Source: an uncultured Actinomycetes bacterium (GTDB lineage: Bacteria; Actinomycetota; Thermoleophilia; Gaiellales; JALYLC01). From it: 32,000 nucleotides of DNA. The stretch lies in assembly GCA_963743275.1 (NCBI GenBank), contig CAVUPB010000006.1, positions 403,657 through 435,656 on the forward strand. Reading direction: 5' to 3'. Made by a program: the position numbers and the translations under genes. Below are positions 1-9,628 of this stretch, one piece after another. The number at the start of each line of letters is the position of its first letter. Positions within the stretch are counted from its first letter, which is position 1. A model generated the notes under the pieces. That model saw only the letters and a program-made list of their open reading frames with translations, did not search any database and was not told the origin of the DNA.

Positions 1-546
<546 letters not shown>

Positions 547-806
547 CAGGAAGCCGTTCCCGGGGTGGGAGTGCGTGTGAGGTCGGGTGGTAGTATCGGC
601 GCGTCCTGCAAGGGCTCTGACATCCGGAGCGGCCCGGTGGAGGCGCGGTTGGCGCCGGCCGGGCGAGATCGTCGTTCGCCAGGGGAATCGCGCTGTCCTT
701 CTTCGAAGAGTTCGATCTCGACGACGGCCCCCAGACGGAGGAGCATCCGCCGGCGTCGGGACGCGGGCGGCGCGGGGGCCTCGGAGGCGGCGGCAGCGGC
801 CCCGAC

Positions 807-1814
807 ATGCGGCGCATCCTGCCCGTCGTCGGCGTCGTGGTGCTCGTGCTCGTGCTGGGCTTCGTGGTGCTCGGGTCCTGCGGCGGCTCGTCGAAGGCCG
901 ACAAGTACCGCTCGTACGTCGCGGACGTGAACTCCGTCGCGCGCCAGTCGAACGCCGACGCCAAGACGCTCGACGCCGCGCTCTACAACCAGGAGCTGAC
1001 GCCCAGCCAGCTGATCGCGCGCGTCGGCACGCTGATCCCGCGCGCGAGCGCCGCCGAGACGACCGCCGCCGCGCTCAAGCCGACCGGCACGATCAAGCAG
1101 CAGGGGCTGCAGCGCTACCTGCTGCAGTCGCTGCAGTACCGCACGCTGGCGCTGCAGGATCTGCGGCAGGCGCTCAAGACCGCGTTCGCGGGCGCCGCGA
1201 ACACCCCGGCCACCGAGACGCAGCGCAAGGCGGTCGCGGGGGCCTACAGCGAGCTCATCGCCTCCGACGTGGTCTTCGCCGCCAGCTTCCAGCGCCCCGC
1301 CGAGGCGGTGCTCAAGCAGGAGAAGGTGACGGACGCGCCGCTCACGCCCTCGCTCTGGAGCCTCTCGCCCGAGCTCGCGAATCCGTCCGAGAACAGCAAC
1401 GGGCTCTGGATCGAGTCGGTGCGCGACGCGGGCTCGACGAGCCCGTGCGCAAGCGGCGTGATCGGCACGTCGATCGACGAGGTGAAGGCGAACGGCAAGA
1501 CGCTCCAGCCCGGAACCGCCACCGGCGGCCCGGTCACGACCGTGCAGCTCAAGATCCCGAGCACGTTCACGGTCACGGTCGCGAACCACGGCAACTGCCC
1601 GGTGCGGGGCATCGAGGTGCATCTCATCGAGGGCACCGAGCCGCAGCAGAACCAGAAGATCAAGTCGCTCCTGCCGAGCGAGAGCGTGAAGCGGACGTTC
1701 CCGGCCACCGGCAACCCGGGCGAGGCCAAGATCGACGTCGCCGTACCCCCCGTCAGCGGCGAGCAGAACACCGCGAACAACCACTACATCTACCACGTCA
1801 CCTTCCAGAGCTAG
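807..1814 (+). CDS. Predicted lipoprotein with C-terminal CARDB-like domain (function unknown)
   Basis: ORF track, 335 aa. N-terminus MRRILPVVGVVVLVLVLGFVVLGSCGG is a signal peptide with lipobox LGSC. The C-terminal ~90 aa (TVTVANHGNCPVRGIEVHL...VSGEQNTANNHY) resembles the CARDB pattern ending E-x-N-x-x-NN. Codons are G/C-ending. Confidence 0.7.
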   Translation: MRRILPVVGVVVLVLVLGFVVLGSCGGSSKADKYRSYVADVNSVARQSNADAKTLDAALYNQELTPSQLIARVGTLIPRASAAETTAAALKPTGTIKQQGLQRYLLQSLQYRTLALQDLRQALKTAFAGAANTPATETQRKAVAGAYSELIASDVVFAASFQRPAEAVLKQEKVTDAPLTPSLWSLSPELANPSENSNGLWIESVRDAGSTSPCASGVIGTSIDEVKANGKTLQPGTATGGPVTTVQLKIPSTFTVTVANHGNCPVRGIEVHLIEGTEPQQNQKIKSLLPSESVKRTFPATGNPGEAKIDVAVPPVSGEQNTANNHYIYHVTFQS

Positions 1815-1826
1815 CGACGCCCGCTG

Positions 1827-2306
1827 ATGAGCGCCGATCGCCTGCTCGCGCTCGCAGCCCTCGTGATCGCGCTGGCCGGGCTCGGGCTGGCGCTGTGGGT
1901 CGTCGTCTGGATGCGCCGCGTGCGGCGCGCCCAGAGCGCCTTGCTCTCGGGCGGCCCCGTCGCCGATCTCGTCGAGTTCGCCGTGGGCATGCAGGCCCGG
2001 CAGGAGCACGTCGAGCGGCGCGCCGACGAGCTCACGGCGCAGGTCGCGCAGGCGGGCGACGACGTGGGCGCCGCGTTGCAGCGCGTGGGCCTGCAGCGCT
2101 TCGACGCCTATGACGGCGCCGAGGGCCTGCAGTCGAGCGCGCTCGCGCTGCTCGACGCGCGCGGCGACGGCATCGTCGTGAGCACGATCCAGGACGCGGG
2201 CAGCGCGCGGGTGTACGTCAAGCGCGTGCGCGCGGGCGCCGCGGCCGACGTCGCGCTCGGCCCCGAGGAGCAGGCGGCCGTCGCGGCCGCCCGCCCGGGT
2301 GCCTAG
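1827..2306 (+). CDS. DUF4446 family membrane protein
   Basis: ORF track, 159 aa. N-terminal TM helix (LLALAALVIALAGLGLALWVVVW) followed by VGLQRFDAYDGAEGLQSSALALLDARGDGIVVSTIQ...RVYVKRV. This matches the conserved core I recall for DUF4446 proteins, which are commonly origin/parB-proximal. Confidence 0.7.
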   Translation: MSADRLLALAALVIALAGLGLALWVVVWMRRVRRAQSALLSGGPVADLVEFAVGMQARQEHVERRADELTAQVAQAGDDVGAALQRVGLQRFDAYDGAEGLQSSALALLDARGDGIVVSTIQDAGSARVYVKRVRAGAAADVALGPEEQAAVAAARPGA

Positions 2307-2308
2307 GA

Positions 2309-2327
2309 GCGGGCGGCGCGGGCCCGC
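2309..2327 (+). terminator. Weak GC hairpin after the DUF4446 gene
   Basis: GCGGGC-ggcgcgg-GCCCGC starts 3 nt after the stop. There is no U-tract. The next gene has its own SD. Confidence 0.2.
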
Positions 2328-2384
2328 CGCAATGGTCGCGAAAGGGCATTCTGGTACCGTTCCGACGGCAGATCCGGAGGCTCG

Positions 2385-2897
2385 ATGACAGGGCAGGTGC
2401 TCGTTCTCAACGCGACCTACGAGCCACTCAACGTGTGCTCGCTGCGGCGCGCGTGCGTGCTCCTGCTGAAGTCCAAGGCCGAGCTCGTGGACGCACTCGA
2501 GCGCCCGCTGCGCTCGGCCAGCGCCTCGCTCCCCTACCCCGTCGTGATCCGCCTCCTGTCGTACGTGCGGCGGCCGCGCGCCGCGGCGCGGCGCATCACC
2601 CGGCGCGCGGTGTTCGCCCGCGACGGCCACGTCTGCCAGTACTGCGGCGTCGAGGGCGTCCGCCTCACCGTCGACCACGTGCTGCCGCGCTCGCGCGGCG
2701 GCCCCTCGAGCTGGGACAACGCCGTCACCGCGTGCGCCCCGTGCAACCTGCGCAAGGGCGACCGGCTGCCGCACGAGATCGGCATGCGCCTGCGCAGCAA
2801 GCCGCGGCCGCCCTCGCCGAGCCTGTTCCTGACGCTGCAGGCGACCGAGGTCCCGCACGCCTGGCTCGACTACCTGCCGCGGCAGCGCGTCCACTGA
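2385..2897 (+). CDS. HNH endonuclease family protein
   Basis: ORF track, 170 aa. HNH motif DHVLPRSRGG...WDN...CAPCNLRKG with flanking Cys pairs (CQYC / CAPC). GGAGG at 2376-2380 lies just upstream of the ATG. Confidence 0.85.
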   Translation: MTGQVLVLNATYEPLNVCSLRRACVLLLKSKAELVDALERPLRSASASLPYPVVIRLLSYVRRPRAAARRITRRAVFARDGHVCQYCGVEGVRLTVDHVLPRSRGGPSSWDNAVTACAPCNLRKGDRLPHEIGMRLRSKPRPPSPSLFLTLQATEVPHAWLDYLPRQRVH

Positions 2898-2908
2898 CCG
2901 CCCTGCCG

Positions 2909-3907
2909 ATGGATGACGAGGCCGAGCTCGTCGCGCTGCGCCGGCGCGTGCGCGAGCTGGAGGCGCTCGAGTCGGTGGCGCAGGCGGCCCGGGCGCCGGT
3001 CGAGCTCGACGAGGCGCTCACCGCGCTCGTCGAGTCGGCAGCCGCGTCGCTGCACGCCGACGTGTGCGCGCTCGAGGTGGCGAGCACCCGGGGGGCGCGC
3101 GGGGAGATCGCGTTCCGCAGCAGCGCCGCCGGCCCGAGCGACGAGGAGCTCGGCGGACTCGCCGCGCTCGCGCCCCACCATGCGGAGGGGCGGCTGGCGA
3201 TCCCACTGCCGACGCGGCGCGGGGCGCACGGCGCGCTCGTGGCCTGGCGCTCGCGCCCGGGCGAGTTCAGCGCCCGCGAGCTGGAGCTCGCCGAGGCCGC
3301 GGCCGCGCACGCCGCGACCGTGCTGGCCGGCGCGCGCGGAGCCATGCGCGGGCTGTTCGCGCGCGAGGTGCACCACCGCGTCAAGAACAACCTGCAGACC
3401 GTCGCCTCGCTCCTGCGCCTGGCCGCGAGCGGCGACGTCGACCCGAAGCGCGCGTTGCGCGACTCGATCGGCCGCGTGCTCGCGATCGCCGAGGTGCACG
3501 ACCTGCTGACGGCGCGGCGCGACGAGGACGTCGACAGCGCCGACCTGGTGCGGCGCCTGTGCGGGATGCTGCGCGGCACCCTCGACGGCACGCTCGAGGC
3601 GGGCCCGCTGGCGCCCATCGTGCTCGCGCCCGAGCGCGCCACGGCGCTCGCGCTCGTGCTCTGCGAGCTGGCCGCCAACGCGATCGAGCACGGCGGCGGG
3701 CACGCCTACATCGAGCTGCGGCGCGACGGGGCGTTCGTCGAGCTGACCGTCTCCGACCACGGCCATGGCCCTCCGCCGCCGACGGGCACGCCGGGCCAGG
3801 GCCTCTCGATCGCGCGCGCCCTCGTCGAGGTCGACCTCGGCGGCAGCCTGCGCTTCGAGCAGGACGGCGGCGTGCGCGCGATCGTGCGCTTCCCATTCGT
3901 GCGCTGA
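2909..3907 (+). CDS. Cytoplasmic sensor histidine kinase, GAF-like N-terminus + HisKA_2 + HATPase (PdtaS-like)
   Basis: C-terminal 332 aa of track ORF 2435..3907, starting at the in-frame ATG 2909 (MDDEAELVAL...). The upstream part of that ORF overlaps the HNH gene in another frame. H-box EVHHRVKNNLQ is typical of HisKA_2/HWE kinases. ATP-lid elements ELAANAIEHG and GQGLSIARAL are present. No TM segment. Confidence 0.8.
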   Translation: MDDEAELVALRRRVRELEALESVAQAARAPVELDEALTALVESAAASLHADVCALEVASTRGARGEIAFRSSAAGPSDEELGGLAALAPHHAEGRLAIPLPTRRGAHGALVAWRSRPGEFSARELELAEAAAAHAATVLAGARGAMRGLFAREVHHRVKNNLQTVASLLRLAASGDVDPKRALRDSIGRVLAIAEVHDLLTARRDEDVDSADLVRRLCGMLRGTLDGTLEAGPLAPIVLAPERATALALVLCELAANAIEHGGGHAYIELRRDGAFVELTVSDHGHGPPPPTGTPGQGLSIARALVEVDLGGSLRFEQDGGVRAIVRFPFVR

Positions 3908-3930
3908 CTCGGCGGCGGCGCCTCATCGAC

Positions 3931-3936
3931 TAGCCT
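3931..3936 (+). promoter_or_regulatory. -10 hexamer TAGCCT at -12 to -7 of the ANTAR regulator ATG (leaderless-type promoter)
   Basis: TANNNT ends 6 nt before the A of ATG 3943, and there is no SD in between. Confidence 0.45.
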
Positions 3937-3942
3937 CCCCGG

Positions 3943-4515
3943 ATGCGCGTGCTGGTCTGCGAAGACGAAACGATCATCCGGCTCGATCTCTGCCAGCTGC
4001 TCGAGGGCGCCGGGCTGACGGTCGCGGGCGAGGCGCGCGACGGCGCCGAGGCGGTGCGCCTGGCGGGTGAGCTCGAGCCCGACATGATCCTCATGGACGT
4101 GCGCATGCCCGAGCTCGACGGCGTCGAGGCCGCACGCCGCATCCTGGCGGAACGGCAGGTCCCGATCGTCATGGTGACGGCGTTCGCCGAGCGCGACATC
4201 GTGCAGCAGGCGAGCGAGGCCGGCGCGTTCGGCTACCTCGTCAAGCCGTTCCGGCAGGACGACGTGCTGGCGGCGATCACGACCGCCCAGGCGCGCAGCG
4301 CCGAGCTCGCCGATGCGCGCCAGGAGGCGAAGACGCTCGGCGAGGCGCTCGAGACGCGCAAGGTCGTCGAGCGCGCCAAGGGCATGCTGATGACGGCCGA
4401 GGGCATCAGCGAGGGCGACGCGTACGCGCGCATGCGCTCCGCGTCGCAACGCACCGGCCAGCCCATGCGGGCGATCGCCGAGGCGCTGCTCGCCACGCTC
4501 TCTCGCGAGAAGTGA
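3943..4515 (+). CDS. Response regulator with ANTAR RNA-binding output domain (PdtaR/AmiR-NasR-like)
   Basis: ORF track, 190 aa. REC domain (MRVLVCEDE...ILMDVRMPELDG...VTAF...GYLVKPF) followed by ANTAR (LETRKVVERAKGMLM...EGDAYARMRSASQRTGQPMRAIAEALL). Confidence 0.9.
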   Translation: MRVLVCEDETIIRLDLCQLLEGAGLTVAGEARDGAEAVRLAGELEPDMILMDVRMPELDGVEAARRILAERQVPIVMVTAFAERDIVQQASEAGAFGYLVKPFRQDDVLAAITTAQARSAELADARQEAKTLGEALETRKVVERAKGMLMTAEGISEGDAYARMRSASQRTGQPMRAIAEALLATLSREK

Positions 4516-5570
4516 TCCGCCGCCACGCGATCCTGATCGCCGGCCTCGCGCTCACCGCGCTGGCGGGCGTGCTGCACGTCGCCGTCGGCGACACCGCCGG
4601 GACGATCGCCGCGAGCGGAGCGCTGCTGCTGGTCGCGCCGCTCGTCGCCAAGGGCACGGACGCGCTGCGCAGCCGGCTCTCGCCGAGCGTCGTCGGCATC
4701 GTGCAATCCGGATTCGGCAACGTCGCGGAGCTCGCGATCACCGTGCTCGCGCTGCAGGCGAACCTGCCCAACGTCGTCAAGCTCGCCATCGTCGGCTCGC
4801 TGCTCGGCAATGCGGTCCTGCTCGGCGGCATCGCCGGGCTGCTCCCGCTGATCCGCGGCGGCTTCAGCCAGACGCTGCACTTCGACCGCCGCCTCTTCTC
4901 CGGCATCACGACGCTGAGCGTGATCGCGTTCGTGCCGATGGCGATCCTGAGCGTCCCGAGCGACCTGCTCGGCCGCGGCGACCGGCAGGGCATCACGCTC
5001 GCCGCCGGCATCGCGGTCACGGTCGTGGGGGTCTTCTTCATCCTCACCGAGCTGAAGGCGCCCCACGGGCCCAAGCAGTACGTGGCCGCCCCGTGCGACC
5101 TGACATTCCGCGGGGGCGTCGCGTACCTCGCAGCCGGCGGAGTGATGGCGGCCCTCGGCGCCGAGTGGTTCGTCGCCGGCTTCGAGCCCGCGGCCGAGGC
5201 GATCGGCATCCCGACTGCGTTCGCGGCGCTCGTGCTCATCCCGCTGGTCGGCAACGTGGCCGAGAACTACGTCGCGCTGCGCTTCGCGTGGGCGGGCGAC
5301 GGCGACGGCGCGATGAGCGTGATCATGCACTCCGTCGTCCAGATCGGCCTGCTCATGGTCGGCATCCTCGTGATCGTGAGCCAGTTCATCGGGCGCGCAC
5401 CGCTCAGCCTGCAGCTCGACCCGGTGCTCACGGTGTCGCTCGGGCTCGCGCTGATCGTGCTCTGGATGATCATGTACGACGGCGAGATGCAGCCCGTCGA
5501 GGCGGTCGGCCTGCTCGCCGTCTACGCGATCCTGGCCGCCGCGATCTGGGCCGAGGGCTCGCTGGCCTGA
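4512..5570 (+). CDS. CaCA-family cation (Ca2+)/H+ antiporter
   Basis: ORF track, 352 aa, polytopic membrane protein. It carries the two CAX signature repeats GNVAELAITVLAL and VGNVAENYVAL. The GTG start overlaps the regulator stop (GTGA at 4512-4515), implying translational coupling. Confidence 0.8.
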   Translation: MIRRHAILIAGLALTALAGVLHVAVGDTAGTIAASGALLLVAPLVAKGTDALRSRLSPSVVGIVQSGFGNVAELAITVLALQANLPNVVKLAIVGSLLGNAVLLGGIAGLLPLIRGGFSQTLHFDRRLFSGITTLSVIAFVPMAILSVPSDLLGRGDRQGITLAAGIAVTVVGVFFILTELKAPHGPKQYVAAPCDLTFRGGVAYLAAGGVMAALGAEWFVAGFEPAAEAIGIPTAFAALVLIPLVGNVAENYVALRFAWAGDGDGAMSVIMHSVVQIGLLMVGILVIVSQFIGRAPLSLQLDPVLTVSLGLALIVLWMIMYDGEMQPVEAVGLLAVYAILAAAIWAEGSLA

Positions 5571-5573
5571 GCC

Positions 5574-6494
5574 TCAGTCGCCGGCGACGGGGACCGACGG
5601 ATCCGGCTCCCGCTCGCCGACCACGACGCCGTCCTCGAGCCACACGCCCATGCGGCGGAACTTCGCGCGCCGCGCCGCGCGGCGCAGCTCGACCGGCTCG
5701 GCCTCGATCGAGTCGAGCGCCTGCGCGATCGCATCGCCGAGCAGGCGGGCCGCGCGGTCGTGATCCTTGTGCGCGCCGCCGGACGGCTCGGGCACGACGG
5801 TGTCGACGACGCCGAGCTCGTAGCTGAAGCGCGCCGTCGGCTTGAACGCGGCCGCGGCCTTCTTGCGCTGGTTGACGTCGCGCCAGAGGATCGTGGCGCA
5901 GCCCTCGGGGGAGATGACCGAGTAGATGGCGTGCTCGAGCATGAGCACGCGATCGGCGACGCCGATCGCGAGCGCGCCGCCGGAGCCGCCCTCGCCGATC
6001 ACGCAGGCGACCGTCGGGACGCGCAGGCGCACCATCTCGAGCATGGATTGTGCGATCGCGGCGGCCTGGCCGGCCTGCTCCGCCTCGACGCCGGGGTACG
6101 CGCCGGGCGTGTCGATCATCGTCACGACCGGAAAGCCGAGGCGGTCGGCGAGCGCGAAGACGCGGCGGGCCTTGGCGTAGCCCTGCGGCTGCGCCATGCC
6201 GAAGTTGCGGAAGGCGCGCTCCTTGAGGTCGCGGCCCTTCTGGTGGCCGACGATCGCGATCGTGCGGCCGCGGAACGATCCGACGCCCGCGACGATGGCA
6301 TGGTCGTCCGCGCCCGCGCGGTCGCCGTGCAGCTCGACCCACTCCTCGCCCACGAGCCGGGTCGCGTAGTCGAGCGTGTACGGCCGTCCGTCGTCGCGGG
6401 CCAGCTGGACGGCATCCCAGATGTCCGACTCGGCCGCGCGCTCGGCGAGCCGGCGGCGCAGGCCGCGGAACGGCGTCGGCAGGCGGCTGTTCAC
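5574..6494 (-). CDS. accA: Acetyl-CoA carboxylase carboxyltransferase subunit alpha
   Basis: ORF track, 306 aa. RPYTLDY, GHQKGR, NFGM, IDTPGAYPG and VIGEGGSGGALA match AccA. The GTG start overlaps the accD stop (GTGA). Confidence 0.92.
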   Translation of the reverse strand: MNSRLPTPFRGLRRRLAERAAESDIWDAVQLARDDGRPYTLDYATRLVGEEWVELHGDRAGADDHAIVAGVGSFRGRTIAIVGHQKGRDLKERAFRNFGMAQPQGYAKARRVFALADRLGFPVVTMIDTPGAYPGVEAEQAGQAAAIAQSMLEMVRLRVPTVACVIGEGGSGGALAIGVADRVLMLEHAIYSVISPEGCATILWRDVNQRKKAAAAFKPTARFSYELGVVDTVVPEPSGGAHKDHDRAARLLGDAIAQALDSIEAEPVELRRAARRAKFRRMGVWLEDGVVVGEREPDPSVPVAGD

Positions 6495-7486
6495 GCGGCA
6501 CCGCCGTTCGTGTGCGCGTCACCGTGCGGATTCGAGCGCAGGAAGCGCAGGACGCGCGCGACGATGCCGGGCGGCGGGGCGGCGGCCTCGGCGGCGAGCT
6601 CGATCGGCACGAGCGTGCCGCCGGCGCACAGCCGCAGGATGCGGCCGAGCGTCGGGCGCAGGTCGGGGCGCGTGTGCACGGCATCGATGAGCCCGTGCTC
6701 GAAGCTCGACTCGGAGCGCCCGAAGTCGGGGGGAAGCGTCTCGCGGGTCGTCTCCTGCACGACGCGCGGGCCGGCGAACGAGAGCAGCGCGTCGGGCTCG
6801 GCGATGACGAAGTCGCCGAGCGCCGCGAACGACGCGATCACGCCGCCGGTCGTGGGGTGCGCGAGCACCGAGACGTAGGGCACGCCGGACTCGCGCAGCA
6901 GGTCGACCGCGCACACGGTCTTCGCCATCTGCATGAGCGCCAGCACGTTCTCCTGCATGCGCGCTCCGCCCGAGGCGGCGACGGACACGAGCGGGATGCC
7001 GCGCTCGGCCGCGACGTCGGTGGCGCGGGTGAACACCTCGCCGACCACGCTCCCCATCGAGCCGCCCATGAACGCGAAGTCCATCGCGCAGAGCACGCAG
7101 GGCATGCCCTCGATCGTGGCGGTGCCCGCGACCATCGCGTCGCCGAGCCCCGTCGCGACCTCGGCCTCGCTCAGGCGCTCCGTGTACGGGCGCAGGTCGG
7201 TGAAGGCGAGCGGGTCGGCCGAGCGCAGGCCGTCGGCGAGCGCATGGAAGCTGCCCGGGTCGGCGACCTGCTCGATGCGCTCCTCGGCTCCGACCGGGAA
7301 ATGGTGCCCGCACACGGTGCACACGCGCAGGACGGCGCGCAGCTCGTCCTCGCGGTAGTGCGACTTGCACACGGGGCAGGTGTTCGGATGCAGCTTGGGG
7401 CGGGCAAGCGGCTGCTCGGGCGCCGCCTCCTCGCGCTCCACCTCGACCTGGATGTTTTCGGGCTCCTCGTGGCTGGCCACCGGCAC
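6491..7486 (-). CDS. accD: Acetyl-CoA carboxylase carboxyltransferase subunit beta
   Basis: ORF track, 331 aa. N-terminal Zn-ribbon CPVCKSHY...CTVCGHHF followed by a carboxyltransferase fold (DFAFMGGSMGSVVGE). AGGAGG (complement of 7488-7493) is only 1 nt from GTG 7486, so the in-frame GTG at 7480 (7-nt spacer) may be the true start. Confidence 0.9.
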   Translation of the reverse strand: MPVASHEEPENIQVEVEREEAAPEQPLARPKLHPNTCPVCKSHYREDELRAVLRVCTVCGHHFPVGAEERIEQVADPGSFHALADGLRSADPLAFTDLRPYTERLSEAEVATGLGDAMVAGTATIEGMPCVLCAMDFAFMGGSMGSVVGEVFTRATDVAAERGIPLVSVAASGGARMQENVLALMQMAKTVCAVDLLRESGVPYVSVLAHPTTGGVIASFAALGDFVIAEPDALLSFAGPRVVQETTRETLPPDFGRSESSFEHGLIDAVHTRPDLRPTLGRILRLCAGGTLVPIELAAEAAAPPPGIVARVLRFLRSNPHGDAHTNGGAA

Positions 7487-7582
7487 GCCTCCTGGCCCCG
7501 CACGCGCATCGCGGGGCGAACCGAGACTCTAGCCGGGATCAGGGTGGGAGACGATCCCCCCCGCGCCATCCGTCCGCGGGAC

Positions 7583-7588
7583 TACGAT
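7583..7588 (+). promoter_or_regulatory. -10 hexamer TACGAT at -12 to -7 of the GntR-like ATG (leaderless-type promoter)
   Basis: TANNNT ends 6 nt before the A of ATG 7595, with no SD. Confidence 0.45.
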
Positions 7589-7594
7589 CGCCGC

Positions 7595-8329
7595 ATGCCG
7601 GCACGCATCAGCTTCGGCGACGCAGGGGTCACGTGCGACGCCGGCGGCGCGCTCGCACCCGCCGCGCAGCTGGTGGCCAAGCTGCGGCTCGCAATCGACG
7701 CAGGTGCCATCCCCGAAGGCGCGACGCTGCCGTCGATCCGCACCGGCGCGGACGAGCTGGGCGTGCACGCGAACACGCTGCGCAAGGTCTACGCCGCGCT
7801 CGAGGCGCAGGGCTACGCGACGACGCGCCATGGCTCCGGGACGGTCGCGCACGTGCGCGACGCCGAGGGCGCGGCGGCCGTGCGGCGTATCGCCGACGGC
7901 GCCATCGCGAGCGCCCGCGGGGCCGGCGCCGACGCGCAGCTCGTGGCGCTCGCGATCCTGGCCGCGGCCGGCCCGCACCCGGCGCCGGCGCGCGCGCCGA
8001 AGGAGCGGCGCCCGCCCGTGCGCGCGACACCTCCGCGCAAGGAAGCCGCGCGCGCTCCGCGGCGCTCGTATCCGCCCGTCCTGCCCCCCGACATCCCGCG
8101 CGGCGCGCACGTCGGGCTCGTCACGGCGGACGCCGCGCTGATCGCGCGCGCAGGGAGCGAGGCCGAGCGGCGGGGCGTCCGCCTGCGCGTGGCCCGGCCC
8201 GACGACGGCCAGACGCTGGGCGACCTCGTATGGGGCTGTGAGCTCGTGATCGTGGGCCGCGACGCGCGCGACGACGAGACCGCGCAGCGCGTGCTGCGCA
8301 GCGCCCGCGACGTGCTCGAGATGGCGTAG
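7595..8329 (+). CDS. GntR-family winged-helix regulator with Pro/Arg-rich linker and uncharacterised C-terminal domain
   Basis: C-terminal 244 aa of track ORF 6512..8329, from the in-frame ATG 7595. The upstream part is antisense to accD. HTH LPSIRTGADELGVHANTLRKVYAALEAQGYATTRHGSGTVA is GntR-like. The C-terminal ~75 aa match none of the effector domains I know for the FadR, HutC, MocR or YtrA subfamilies. Confidence 0.7.
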   Translation: MPARISFGDAGVTCDAGGALAPAAQLVAKLRLAIDAGAIPEGATLPSIRTGADELGVHANTLRKVYAALEAQGYATTRHGSGTVAHVRDAEGAAAVRRIADGAIASARGAGADAQLVALAILAAAGPHPAPARAPKERRPPVRATPPRKEAARAPRRSYPPVLPPDIPRGAHVGLVTADAALIARAGSEAERRGVRLRVARPDDGQTLGDLVWGCELVIVGRDARDDETAQRVLRSARDVLEMA

Positions 8330-8336
8330 CGCCGCC

Positions 8337-9626
8337 TCAGGCGACGCGGCGGCCGTCGCTCTCGTCCCAGCGCTCGAGCACGAGCGAGGCGTTGTGGCCG
8401 CCGAAGCCGAAGCCGTTCGAGAGGCCGACGCGCACGTCGACGCCGCTGCGCGCGACGTTCGGCACGTAGTCCAGATCGCAGGTGGGATCGCTCTCGAACT
8501 GGTTGATCGTGGGCGGCAGGATGTTGCGGCACATCGCCAGGGCGGTGATCGCGAGCTCGGTCGAGCCGGCCGCCCCCAGCATGTGGCCCGTCATCGACTT
8601 CGTCGAGGAGATCGGCACCTCGTGTGCGCGCTCCTCGCCCAGCACCATCTTGATCACGCGCGTCTCGGCGCTGTCGCCGACGGGCGTCGACGTGCCGTGC
8701 GCGTTGATGTAGCCGATCGCGCTCGCGTCCATGCCGGCCTCCTCGAGCGCCATCCGCATCGCGCGCGCGGGGTTGACGCCGGTCGGGTCGGGCTCGGTGA
8801 AGTGGTGCGCGTCGGCCGTGCAGCCGTAGCCCATGATCTCGCCGTAGATGCGCGCACCGCGCGCCCGGGCGTGCTCGAGCTCCTCGAGCACGAGGATCGT
8901 GGAGCCCTCGCCGATCACGAAGCCGTCGCGCCCCGCGTCGAACGGCCGGCTGGCCGTCGCGGGATCGTCGTTGCGCTGCGAGATCGCGCGCATGGCGTAG
9001 AACCCGCCCACGCCGATCGGCGTGATCGGCGCCTCGCTGCCACCCGCGACCATCACGTCGGCGCGGCCGTCGCGGATGATCCCGACGGCATCGCCGATCG
9101 CCATCGACGAGGCCGCGCAGGCGGTCGTGACGGTGCTCGACGGCCCGCGGAAGCCGTACTCCATCGACACCATCGCGGCGCCCATGTTCGGGATCAGCAT
9201 CGTGATCCAGAGCGGGCTCATGCGGTCGATGCCCTTGGCGAAGAGGTGCTCGTGCGCGAGGTCGAGCGTCTGCAGCCCGCCGATGCCCGTCGCGACCGCC
9301 GTGCCCGTGCGCTCGCCGAGGCCGTCGGCGCCCACGTCGAGGCCCGAGTCCTCGATCGCCTCGCGCGCCGCGACGAGCACGAACTGGCAGTAGCGGTCGG
9401 TGCGGCGCGCGAGCTTGCGGTCCATCGCGACCGTCGGCTCGAAGTCCTTGACCTCGCAGGCGAAGCGCACGGGCGCATCGCGCAGCGGGAAGATCGTGAT
9501 CGGGGCGCCGCCGCTCTTGCCCGCGATGATGCTCGCCCACGTCTCCTCGCGCGTGTTGCCGACGGGCGTGACCATGCCGATGCCGGTCAGCACGACCCGG
9601 CGTCCCCCTGGCGTGCGCAGCGCCAC
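8337..9626 (-). CDS. fabF: Beta-ketoacyl-ACP synthase II
   Basis: ORF track, 429 aa. KAS II hallmarks are present: [14 protein letters not shown], the active-site region TACAASS, and [12 protein letters not shown]...GHMLGAAG...[12 protein letters not shown]. The GTG start lies 2 nt after the fabG stop. Confidence 0.92.
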   Translation of the reverse strand: MALRTPGGRRVVLTGIGMVTPVGNTREETWASIIAGKSGGAPITIFPLRDAPVRFACEVKDFEPTVAMDRKLARRTDRYCQFVLVAAREAIEDSGLDVGADGLGERTGTAVATGIGGLQTLDLAHEHLFAKGIDRMSPLWITMLIPNMGAAMVSMEYGFRGPSSTVTTACAASSMAIGDAVGIIRDGRADVMVAGGSEAPITPIGVGGFYAMRAISQRNDDPATASRPFDAGRDGFVIGEGSTILVLEELEHARARGARIYGEIMGYGCTADAHHFTEPDPTGVNPARAMRMALEEAGMDASAIGYINAHGTSTPVGDSAETRVIKMVLGEERAHEVPISSTKSMTGHMLGAAGSTELAITALAMCRNILPPTINQFESDPTCDLDYVPNVARSGVDVRVGLSNGFGFGGHNASLVLERWDESDGRRVA

Positions 9627-9628
9627 CG

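Noticed and set aside
693-806. In-frame, G/C-ending codon run upstream of the lipoprotein ATG (…ALSFFEEFDLDDGPQTEEHPP…), preceded by AGGGGA and a CTG. This could be an N-terminal extension with a non-canonical start.
   Set aside because: No ATG, GTG or TTG exists in that frame between the stop at 618 and 807. The sequence from ATG 807 is a textbook lipoprotein signal peptide, which must be N-terminal.
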